From positions 1 through 56,352 of the IMG/VR virus record IMGVR_UViG_3300017911_001056: a stretch of 56,352 nucleotides of DNA. One strand, given 5' to 3'. A program made the translations under genes and the position numbers. This document shows positions 18,080 to 25,454 of the stretch, piece by piece. This DNA is from a virus (Duplodnaviria; Caudoviricetes). Numbering within the stretch: position 1 is the stretch's first letter; each line of letters opens with the position of its first letter. The notes under the pieces are model-generated. The model saw only the letters and a program-made list of their open reading frames with translations, had not been told where the DNA came from and made no database searches.

Positions 18080-18964
18080 ATGAATTTAAAGTACAGTGAA
18101 ACATTTTTTAGCCCGCAAGGCGAAGGCAAGTATGTGGGTATTCCTAGTCTGTGGATTAGGTTTTTTCTGTGCAACTTGCAGTGTAATGGCTTTGGACAAG
18201 ATAATCCTACTGACCCAGAAAGTTGGGAATTGCCTTACGAAAAGATTGATATCAGTGAAATAACTGATGTTATGGATCTGCCTGTATTTGAAAAAGGCTG
18301 TGACAGCAGTTATACATGGGCCAAGAAGTACAAACATTTGATCACAGATCGCACAGTAGATGAATGCGTCGATGAACTAACTGCACATTTGCCCACAGGA
18401 ACATTCATACATCCTAAAACTTTACAAACATTTGATATGTGTTTCACAGGCGGCGAGCCTATGCTTAAAAACACACAACCAGGTATGGTTGCAATTATGC
18501 AAGAGTTTGAACGTAGAAATAATGTTCCAAGTCGTGTTACTGTGGAAACAAATGGTACCAAGCCCTTAGAAGATGTATTAGAAACTTACATTGAAAAATA
18601 TGTTTACATGGACTCCAAGGAATGGTTTTGGAGTGTAAGTCCTAAACTGTGGAGCACAGCAGGAGAAGCACCTAAGAAAGCAATCAAGCCCGAAGTGGTT
18701 AAACAATATTTTGATGTTAGTTCATACGGTCAACTTAAATTTGTTGTTAACGGTAGTGATGAGAGTTGGCAAGAAGTAGAAGAGCATGTGAAGGCGTTTC
18801 GTGATGCAGGTGTACCATGGGACGTTTGGATTATGGGTGTTGGCGGAACTGTAGAAGGTCTTAAAATGACCGAAGCAATGATTGCAGATGAAGCAATACA
18901 ACGTGGGTATTTTTACACAAGTCGTGTACATGCTCACATCTATGGCAATGCTATAGGGAAATAG
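18080..18964 (+). CDS. queE: 7-carboxy-7-deazaguanine synthase (QueE-like radical SAM)
   Basis: SETFFSPQGEGKYVG, RFFLCNLQC...GCDS, FTGGEPM, VETNGT, SVSPKL, LKFVV, RVHAHIYG; start ATG 18080. Confidence 0.88.
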   Translation: MNLKYSETFFSPQGEGKYVGIPSLWIRFFLCNLQCNGFGQDNPTDPESWELPYEKIDISEITDVMDLPVFEKGCDSSYTWAKKYKHLITDRTVDECVDELTAHLPTGTFIHPKTLQTFDMCFTGGEPMLKNTQPGMVAIMQEFERRNNVPSRVTVETNGTKPLEDVLETYIEKYVYMDSKEWFWSVSPKLWSTAGEAPKKAIKPEVVKQYFDVSSYGQLKFVVNGSDESWQEVEEHVKAFRDAGVPWDVWIMGVGGTVEGLKMTEAMIADEAIQRGYFYTSRVHAHIYGNAIGK

Positions 18965-18972
18965 GAGATATT

Positions 18973-19509
18973 ATGAAGAAGAAAACAAAACTTCCATTTA
19001 GTATGATGCCTGCAAGTTGGGGTCTTAAAGGTAAGAGTCGTGCTATTGCTGAAGCAGAATACTACTACGAAGGCGAAGACTTAGAAAAAGCATTAGCAAT
19101 GATTGATGCAGAAAATGAAGTTGACAAAGAGATAGCACAACTTGAAGTAGACTTCAAGCATGAAAAGATTGGCAAGATTGAATACGAGAAAAAAGTTGCT
19201 GAAATAAAAGAAGAGCCTTGGGTAAACGTATTAGAGCTTGGTGTTAATCCTGAGAATGCAAAAGCAGGATATATTGAACTTGATTGGAATGATCACTTTG
19301 TTAAGATGCTACACACAAACGGTTACACAGGACAAAGTGACGAAGATGTGGTTAACAAATGGTTCAACGATGTGTGCAAAACAGTGCTGTTACAAGAACG
19401 TGCAGACTTAGACTATGGACTACAAGAACAGGAGAGAAATGATGTCATCAAAGCAAACCCCGGAGACAAGAGCGAAGGAGAAGTTGGCACGTCTAGTACG
19501 GATGATTGA
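18973..19509 (+). CDS. Hypothetical phage protein
   Basis: AGGAG RBS; EPWVNVL...GYIELDWNDHFV...GYTG..DEDVVNKWF. Confidence 0.75.
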   Translation: MKKKTKLPFSMMPASWGLKGKSRAIAEAEYYYEGEDLEKALAMIDAENEVDKEIAQLEVDFKHEKIGKIEYEKKVAEIKEEPWVNVLELGVNPENAKAGYIELDWNDHFVKMLHTNGYTGQSDEDVVNKWFNDVCKTVLLQERADLDYGLQEQERNDVIKANPGDKSEGEVGTSSTDD

Positions 19510-19669
19510 CGGAGTTGTTACCAAAGAAATGGACAACTTTAAAGTGGACGAAGTAAATTTTATACTTGAAAACTATGCACAGCATCTCAAATATGACTTG
19601 GGCAGAGACTTTGAAAAACGTAGAACAGCCAATCTCAAAGAATCACCGTTTGATGAGCTTTTCGACTAA
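19439..19669 (+). CDS. Hypothetical protein
   Basis: ORF 19415..19669; GGAGA RBS before ATG 19439/19442; overlaps the upstream gene. Confidence 0.55.
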   Translation: MMSSKQTPETRAKEKLARLVRMIDGVVTKEMDNFKVDEVNFILENYAQHLKYDLGRDFEKRRTANLKESPFDELFD

Positions 19670-19718
19670 TTTACATGATATTATTATTTTTACACACAGT
19701 AAGGTAGGCTAAATAGAA

Positions 19719-20765
19719 ATGCTAAATTTAGACATTAAACAAGAGACAAACAACGTAGGCACAGACACTATGCAAACTTTTTTATTAGTAGACAGTATGA
19801 ACATGTTTTTCCGTGCAAAGCATGTTGCTCGTGGTAATGACATGGACATGAAAATTGGCATGGCAATGCACATCATGTTTAATTCAGTTAAGAAAGCATG
19901 GAGAGACTTTGATGGTACTCATGTTGTATTCTGTTTAGAAGGCCGTTCTTGGCGTAAAGACTTTTATCCTCCTTACAAAGCAAATCGTAAAGTTATTGCA
20001 GATCAACGTAGTGTAAAAGAACAAGAAGATGATGAATTGTTCTTTGAAGCATACAACGATATGATTGACTTTTTATCAAACAAGACTAATGCTAGTGTTA
20101 TTAGACAAGGTAATGCAGAAGCAGACGATCTAATTGCTACTTGGATACAACAGCACCCTAACGATCAGCACATTATTGTCAGCAGTGACAGTGACTTTTA
20201 TCAATTGATTGCAGAAAATGTAAAGCAGTATGACGGTGTACAAGATAAAGTTATTGCTATTAATGGTATCACCAGTGGCAAAACAGGTGAGCCTATTATC
20301 AACAAAAAGACAAAAGAGCCTGTGGAAGCACCCAATCCTGAATACATCCTTTTTGAAAAGTGTATTAGAGGAGACACCAGTGACAACATCTTCAGTGCGT
20401 ATCCTGGTGCTAGAACTAAAGGTACTAGAAACAAAACTGGTATTCTAGAAGCATTTGAAGATAGACACACAGGGGGTTTTAACTTTAATAACTTTATGTT
20501 GCAACGCTGGGTTGACCATAACGAGGAAGAACACAGAGTCAAAGACGATTACGAGCGTAATCGTATACTGATTGATCTAACTCTACAGCCAGATGAAATT
20601 AAAGAAGAAAGTAAAAGGATTGTGGCTGAAGCAGTAAACAAAGAACAAGTAAGTCAAGTGGGTATACACTTTATGAAGTTTTGTGCTAAATGGAACTTGC
20701 AACGTATGAGTGAACACCCTGGAGACTACTCGGAGTTTTTGAATGCACCCGCTAGAGAAGGCTGA
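19719..20765 (+). CDS. RNase H / 5'-3' flap exonuclease (T4 Rnh-like)
   Basis: LLVDSMN, SWRKDFYPPYKANR, EADDLIA, IVSSDSDFYQL, GDTSDNI; alternative start at 19770. Confidence 0.92.
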   Translation: MLNLDIKQETNNVGTDTMQTFLLVDSMNMFFRAKHVARGNDMDMKIGMAMHIMFNSVKKAWRDFDGTHVVFCLEGRSWRKDFYPPYKANRKVIADQRSVKEQEDDELFFEAYNDMIDFLSNKTNASVIRQGNAEADDLIATWIQQHPNDQHIIVSSDSDFYQLIAENVKQYDGVQDKVIAINGITSGKTGEPIINKKTKEPVEAPNPEYILFEKCIRGDTSDNIFSAYPGARTKGTRNKTGILEAFEDRHTGGFNFNNFMLQRWVDHNEEEHRVKDDYERNRILIDLTLQPDEIKEESKRIVAEAVNKEQVSQVGIHFMKFCAKWNLQRMSEHPGDYSEFLNAPAREG

Positions 20766-20961
20766 AAAAATACTTCGAGGCATTTGGCCCAAGAACGGTG
20801 TTTGGATATATGAATCACCAGACAAGGGTAAAACAGTCTATCGTAGACTGAGCACATTGAAGCCAAGGCAGATGATATGGGCCGAAGGCAAACGTGTTGC
20901 ATGTGATGCAACACTAGACAAACAGTATATCGAAATTTTAGAAAGAGGTAATTATGATTAA
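20743..20961 (+). CDS. Hypothetical protein
   Basis: IYESPDKGKTVYRR motif; GGAG RBS. Confidence 0.6.
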   Translation: MHPLEKAEKILRGIWPKNGVWIYESPDKGKTVYRRLSTLKPRQMIWAEGKRVACDATLDKQYIEILERGNYD

Positions 20962-21460
20962 ATCAAAGGCAAAGTTACAACCTATAAGTGACGAAGCATG
21001 GATTGTACAACGAGGTGACGAACGTATTGGTATTTTAAATAAGAATATACAAAACAGATACACTTTTATAAGTGGTAAGACTATCGAAGTGTTTAACACT
21101 GACACAGAAGTTCGCAAGCACTTTGGTAATATTTCACTTTTTGAAGAGCCTATTCAAGCAGACAAGTCTACACCAGATGAGTTTTACATCAAAGGACACT
21201 TAATTGATTACCCTGATCCAATTCCGGTAGATACCAGCGACCCTAATTACAGAGATGATATTCCACTGTATCTAAAAACTGAAGGTAGTGAAGTATACTA
21301 TGCGGCAGGTTGGTACTGTATTAATTTCGAAAAGGGCTGGAAACAAGGCCATGGCCCTAAACTAAACACATTGTTGCATTATGGTTACGAAGGTCCGTAT
21401 AAAACTAAACTGGAATGCAAACAACGTATGCGTGTCTTGAACAAATTAAAAAATGGATGA
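20954..21460 (+). CDS. Hypothetical phage protein
   Basis: 168-aa ORF with GAGG RBS. Confidence 0.7.
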   Translation: MIKSKAKLQPISDEAWIVQRGDERIGILNKNIQNRYTFISGKTIEVFNTDTEVRKHFGNISLFEEPIQADKSTPDEFYIKGHLIDYPDPIPVDTSDPNYRDDIPLYLKTEGSEVYYAAGWYCINFEKGWKQGHGPKLNTLLHYGYEGPYKTKLECKQRMRVLNKLKNG

Positions 21461-21641
21461 GTTTGATAAATTTGTTTCGCATGTTAGAAACTTAAAAAAA
21501 GATGGTATAAAGCAAGCAACGTTTGATGTAGACTACTTAGAAAAAGTCTTAGAACGTTATAAGCCTACACCTGCTACAGTAAGAAAAATAAAAACACAAC
21601 AAACTATCATCGGCGATGGTGGCAGGTTCGGTGACGACTAA
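21453..21641 (+). CDS. Hypothetical protein
   Basis: 62 aa, ends IIGDGGRFGDD. Confidence 0.55.
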   Translation: MDEFDKFVSHVRNLKKDGIKQATFDVDYLEKVLERYKPTPATVRKIKTQQTIIGDGGRFGDD

Positions 21642-21897
21642 CCTTGAACTACCTGAGGATTGCGGGTATAACAAACAATACTCACACAACTGGAAAACAC
21701 CAGTAGAGGGCTTGGGTATGCATTTGATTCCAAAAATACACGATTTGTGTACAGGCAAGTGGGGATGGTACTTTATACCACACAAGGACTCCAACTATTA
21801 TGCTGATGACTGGTATAAAAAACAAAATTTAGTCCTAAGTTTTGAAAACAAGTGGGACCTAATTATGTGCAAACTAATCATAGACATTAATAAATAG
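21616..21897 (+). CDS. Hypothetical protein
   Basis: 93 aa (GKWGWYF); start uncertain. Confidence 0.55.
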   Translation: MVAGSVTTNLELPEDCGYNKQYSHNWKTPVEGLGMHLIPKIHDLCTGKWGWYFIPHKDSNYYADDWYKKQNLVLSFENKWDLIMCKLIIDINK

Positions 21898-21916
21898 AAT
21901 AACATAAGGATATACA

Positions 21917-22153
21917 ATGAAAGTAGAAATTTACAGTAAACCACAATGCCCATATTGCGATATGGCTAAAAGACTAGCAGAAACAGAACAACACGACTTC
22001 AGTGTAAAAATGCTCGATGTAGACTTTAACAGGGAAACACTGATGGAAACATTTCCAGGTGCTAGAACATTTCCACAGATTATAGTCAATGGTGAAAAGA
22101 TTGGCGGCTTCCAAGAGTATGCTAAGTTAGTAGGAGAAAGCAAGAAAAATTAA
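21917..22153 (+). CDS. Glutaredoxin
   Basis: IYSKPQCPYC, ARTFPQI, IGGF. Confidence 0.93.
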   Translation: MKVEIYSKPQCPYCDMAKRLAETEQHDFSVKMLDVDFNRETLMETFPGARTFPQIIVNGEKIGGFQEYAKLVGESKKN

Positions 22154-22174
22154 CGTATGTTTTAATGGTGTTTT

Positions 22175-22193
22175 TTGATAAATATATGTGTAC
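22175..22193 (+). promoter_or_regulatory. Candidate late-type promoter (TAAATA core)
   Basis: TTGATAAATATATGTGTAC, 18/19 identical to the - strand copy at 56019-56037. Confidence 0.6.
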
Positions 22194-22207
22194 AGGAGAC
22201 ACATATA

Positions 22208-22519
22208 ATGAGCAGACCAAAGCCAAATATTTTATTGGAATCTATCAATAAACACACATACAAATCCGAACAAGTGCTCAGTGCTGGAGCAATCTTTAGT
22301 GTATACTATCAAGGCAATCCAATTAACCTAAGAATATTAAACACACTAGTGAGCTATCCAGGACCTAAATACAAGAAAGTTTCATTTTCAAATCCAGGAC
22401 ATGCATTCAATCTTGCTGAAAGACTCAATAAGCAGTTCGATACCGATGAGTTTAAAGTTGTTAGATTGTTAAAGGGTGAAGAGGTAACGGAGGATGAAAT
22501 TAAAAATCACAAAGAATAG
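22208..22519 (+). CDS. Hypothetical phage protein
   Basis: Start ATG 22208 (MSRPKP) after AGGAG; YPGPKYKKVSFSNPGHA. Confidence 0.75.
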   Translation: MSRPKPNILLESINKHTYKSEQVLSAGAIFSVYYQGNPINLRILNTLVSYPGPKYKKVSFSNPGHAFNLAERLNKQFDTDEFKVVRLLKGEEVTEDEIKNHKE

Positions 22520-22883
22520 TCCTGTACAATATCAAATAGCAGACTATATCAAAGAGCATTCTTCACACTACAAGTTGAATTTCAATGACATGGAACTACT
22601 TGAAATATGCTACGCAATATTTAAAAACTTTCGTATATCTAATAACAAGCCACACGGACTAAGACTCACAACATTAGGCAATACCTATATGGGGAGATTC
22701 TTTGAAAGACATCAATTCAATTTAGAAGAGCCTTTAGTTGGTATTGTGCTAATTAACTTAGATAAAGCAATGTCAAGACCTTACTACCTAACCAAAAAGC
22801 AAGTTGTATTTTATGATTCCAACGATGCCGCTTGGTTCAAATTAGGTGGTCATAATTTAAAATACTTTGCAGGTAACTTATAA
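22494..22883 (+). CDS. Hypothetical protein
   Basis: GGAGG RBS; GLRLTTLG...LDKAMSRPYY. Confidence 0.7.
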   Translation: MKLKITKNSPVQYQIADYIKEHSSHYKLNFNDMELLEICYAIFKNFRISNNKPHGLRLTTLGNTYMGRFFERHQFNLEEPLVGIVLINLDKAMSRPYYLTKKQVVFYDSNDAAWFKLGGHNLKYFAGNL

Positions 22884-23296
22884 TGCAACTACCACACACA
22901 GGACAAATACTGTTAATCGACAACCACAACTTTGTGAACAATGTAGACATGCTGGCAACATACACAGTGCCTGCAGACCACCCAGTGCTAGAAGGACACT
23001 TCCCACACATCAAAATTTGGCCCGGTGTATACTTAGTTGAAGGCATGAATCAATGTGCAGGTTTACATGCTATGTATCTTGCAGAACATGCAGGGCTGAC
23101 CACTAATAACAGTTTCACAGCAATGGTTACATCTGTTGATAAAGCAAAGTTTAGAAAGCCAGTATTTCCAAATTCCTTGCTAACATACACTGCTAGTCTA
23201 GTTAAAAGACGTAAAAATCACCTGATCTATGACTGTGAAGTACTGTGTAATGGTGAAAAAGTTGCCCAAGCAACTGTGGGTTTAACTGCTAGGTAA
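22883..23296 (+). CDS. fabZ: FabZ/FabA-like hot-dog-fold dehydratase
   Basis: LPH...LLID, GHFP...PGVYLVEGMNQ, AKFRKPVFP. Confidence 0.8.
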   Translation: MQLPHTGQILLIDNHNFVNNVDMLATYTVPADHPVLEGHFPHIKIWPGVYLVEGMNQCAGLHAMYLAEHAGLTTNNSFTAMVTSVDKAKFRKPVFPNSLLTYTASLVKRRKNHLIYDCEVLCNGEKVAQATVGLTAR

Positions 23297-23297
23297 C

Positions 23298-23312
23298 GTA
23301 AGTTATTGAATT
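23298..23312 (+). promoter_or_regulatory. IHF-like box upstream of promoter (copy 1)
   Basis: GTAAGTTATTGAATT; near match to YAANNNNTTGATW; TAA begins 41 nt before the -35. Confidence 0.5.
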
Positions 23313-23339
23313 TATTACACTTTTTTATTATTTTTTTGC

Positions 23340-23367
23340 TTGACATAGCCTGTGTATTTGCTATAAT
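23340..23367 (+). promoter_or_regulatory. sigma70-type promoter with T-rich UP region
   Basis: TTGACA-N16-TATAAT with extended TGn -10. Confidence 0.75.
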
Positions 23368-23395
23368 ATACACATAAACAAGTTAGGAGTAACTT

Positions 23396-23902
23396 ATGAA
23401 AAAATCTTTAATCGCAATTGGACTGGTAGCTGCTAGTTCTCCTGCATGGGGTGCCGATGCGTATGTTGTGGATGTATATCCTCAGACGCAAGAGCAAGCC
23501 AGATACGAAAGTGTACCAACTCAACAGTTGGTATGTGGATATGAAGCCCAACGTGGTACTGGATATGTTGAACGAGGTGTCAATGGCATCTTTGGCAGCA
23601 CAGAAGGTCTGTTAGGTGCAGCAGTTGGTGTTGCTATCGGCGACAAAATTGGTGGTGGCAGTGGTAACGAAGCGGCCAAAGTAATTGGCGGTGTTTTGGG
23701 TAACAAAGTTGGTAACAATGTTGCTCGTAACAGGGGTGAATCCTGTAGGGAAGTTACCAGAATGGTACAGCAACGTTATACCGAGACCGTGGTCACTGGA
23801 TATAATGTGTTGGTAGAGCTTGATGGCGAACAGTATTGGATCAAGCGTGATTATGAACCCCAAGTTGATTCTTACATTCCTGTAAGAGTTACTGTACGAT
23901 AG
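23396..23902 (+). CDS. Secreted glycine-zipper 2TM protein (YcfJ-like)
   Basis: Signal peptide MKKSLIAIGLVAASSPAWG; LLGAAVGVAIGDKIGGGSGNEAAKVIGGVLG. Confidence 0.8.
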   Translation: MKKSLIAIGLVAASSPAWGADAYVVDVYPQTQEQARYESVPTQQLVCGYEAQRGTGYVERGVNGIFGSTEGLLGAAVGVAIGDKIGGGSGNEAAKVIGGVLGNKVGNNVARNRGESCREVTRMVQQRYTETVVTGYNVLVELDGEQYWIKRDYEPQVDSYIPVRVTVR

Positions 23903-23910
23903 GAGTAATT

Positions 23911-24096
23911 ATGTCTATTTTTCAGTCAGATCAATTCACTTTTGTCTGGGAAGACAAAAAATCTGTAAGTCAAAACTTTACAGAATGGTACACACTTAAC
24001 TGCGAAGAGCGTTCTGCGTATAACGAAGATCATATGAGCCGCGAAGAGGCACAGCAAGTCTTTGAAAATCTTTACAAAGTTAAGGTTGACAAGTAG
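23911..24096 (+). CDS. Hypothetical protein
   Basis: AGGAG RBS; NFTEWYTLNCEERSAY. Confidence 0.65.
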   Translation: MSIFQSDQFTFVWEDKKSVSQNFTEWYTLNCEERSAYNEDHMSREEAQQVFENLYKVKVDK

Positions 24097-24114
24097 GGTA
24101 TATCTTAGTATAAT
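24086..24114 (+). promoter_or_regulatory. sigma70-type promoter (perfect consensus)
   Basis: TTGACA-N17-TATAAT. Confidence 0.85.
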
Positions 24115-24149
24115 ACTAGGGTAGGTTAAACAAACAAGGTAGGTATTAA

Positions 24150-25259
24150 ATGGAAACTTTACAAACTCGTCCAGCTCAGGTACAACCAATTGTAGTCCGA
24201 GCTATGCAAGCAAAACGTCCCATCTTCTTGTGGGGTGCACCAGGAATTGGTAAATCCGAACTCGTTGAGAATATTACATACAATATTCTTCCTGGTAAAA
24301 ACTTAATGATTGACATGCGTCTTGCTCTTATGGAGCCAACTGACTTGCGTGGATATCCTTTCCGTAACCCAGATAACAATCAAATGGAGTGGGCTCCTCC
24401 TGCAGATCTTCCTACACAGGAAACTGCTTCTGAGTACGACACCATTGTGTTGTTCTTAGACGAGCTCAACTCTGCACCTCCAAGTGTGCAAGCGGCTGCG
24501 TACCAGTTGGTTCTCAATGGTAAGATTGGTCAATATGTGTTGCCTAGTAATGTGCGAATTGTTGCAGCTGGTAACCGTGACACAGATCGTGGTGTTACTT
24601 ATCGTATGCCTGCTCCGCTGTCTAACAGGTTCCGTCATATCAACATGGAAGTGAACTTTGAAGATTGGCAGCAATGGGCTGTGAACAATAATGTTCATCC
24701 TGATGTAGTTGGTTACCTTTCGTATGCTAAGGCTGATCTATTTGACTTTGATCCAAAGTCCAATTCACAGGCTTTTGCTTCACCACGTTCTTGGACGTTT
24801 GTCAGTGAGATCTTGAATGTACCAGAATTTGATGAGGCTTCTGCAAAAGAGCAGTTGGCTGAACTTGCTGGTGCAGTAGGTGAAGGTATGGCTATTAAAT
24901 TTGCTGAGCACCGTAAGGTTGCAGGGCACTTGCCTAACCCAGAAGATGTACTAGATGGCAAAGTCAAGAAACTTGACTCAGAAGTTGCTAACGAAATTTC
25001 AGCAAAGTACTCTTTGGTAGTGAGTTGTGCATACGAAATGAACGAAGTATACCAAGAGGTCAAAGAGGTCAACAAAGATGTTGGCGAAAAATTGAACAAC
25101 TTGATTCGTTTTGCGTTCAACAACTTTGAACCTGAAATGGTTATCTTTGCACTGAAGACGCTGATGAAGGACTATCAGATTGTGTTCAACTTCCGTAAGG
25201 TATTGGACAAAGATGTCCAAACTACTTTCAACGACAAGTACCTCAAGTATATTGTCTAA
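24150..25259 (+). CDS. MoxR-like AAA+ ATPase
   Basis: Walker A GAPGIGKS, Walker B LFLDELN, AAGNR, NRFRH, SPRSW. Confidence 0.9.
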   Translation: METLQTRPAQVQPIVVRAMQAKRPIFLWGAPGIGKSELVENITYNILPGKNLMIDMRLALMEPTDLRGYPFRNPDNNQMEWAPPADLPTQETASEYDTIVLFLDELNSAPPSVQAAAYQLVLNGKIGQYVLPSNVRIVAAGNRDTDRGVTYRMPAPLSNRFRHINMEVNFEDWQQWAVNNNVHPDVVGYLSYAKADLFDFDPKSNSQAFASPRSWTFVSEILNVPEFDEASAKEQLAELAGAVGEGMAIKFAEHRKVAGHLPNPEDVLDGKVKKLDSEVANEISAKYSLVVSCAYEMNEVYQEVKEVNKDVGEKLNNLIRFAFNNFEPEMVIFALKTLMKDYQIVFNFRKVLDKDVQTTFNDKYLKYIV

Positions 25260-25266
25260 AACGGTT

Positions 25267-25339
25267 TTGCTCTTGTGCACCTACCTATGTTACTCCCTAC
25301 CTAGCACAGAGCAATTAGAACCCCCCTTAAGGGGGGTTC
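25267..25339 (+). ncRNA. Candidate small structured RNA with a C/U-rich anti-SD-like loop, followed by a GC hairpin
   Basis: 11-bp stem TTGCTC(T)TGTGC / GCACAGAGCAA around a 25-nt loop ACCTACCTATGTTACTCCCTACCTA; then the perfect palindrome GAACCCCCCTTAAGGGGGGTTC. Confidence 0.45.
25318..25339. terminator. Perfect 22-bp inverted repeat (terminator-like hairpin, no clear U-tract)
   Basis: GAACCCCCC-TTAA-GGGGGGTTC; a second palindrome CCTTATATAAGG at 25341-25352. Confidence 0.5.
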
Positions 25340-25356
25340 ACCTTATATAAGGCACT

Positions 25357-25371
25357 GTAAGTCATTGAATT
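25357..25371 (+). promoter_or_regulatory. IHF-like box upstream of promoter (copy 2)
   Basis: GTAAGTCATTGAATT; TAA begins 41 nt before the -35, the same spacing as copy 1. Confidence 0.5.
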
Positions 25372-25398
25372 ATATAAATATTTGTACTATTAATTTAC

Positions 25399-25427
25399 TT
25401 GACTTATGTGTGAAATCCACGTATAAT
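25399..25427 (+). promoter_or_regulatory. sigma70-type promoter
   Basis: TTGACT-N17-TATAAT. Confidence 0.8.
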
Positions 25428-25454
25428 ATACATATTAGTTAGGGAAATAGGTAT

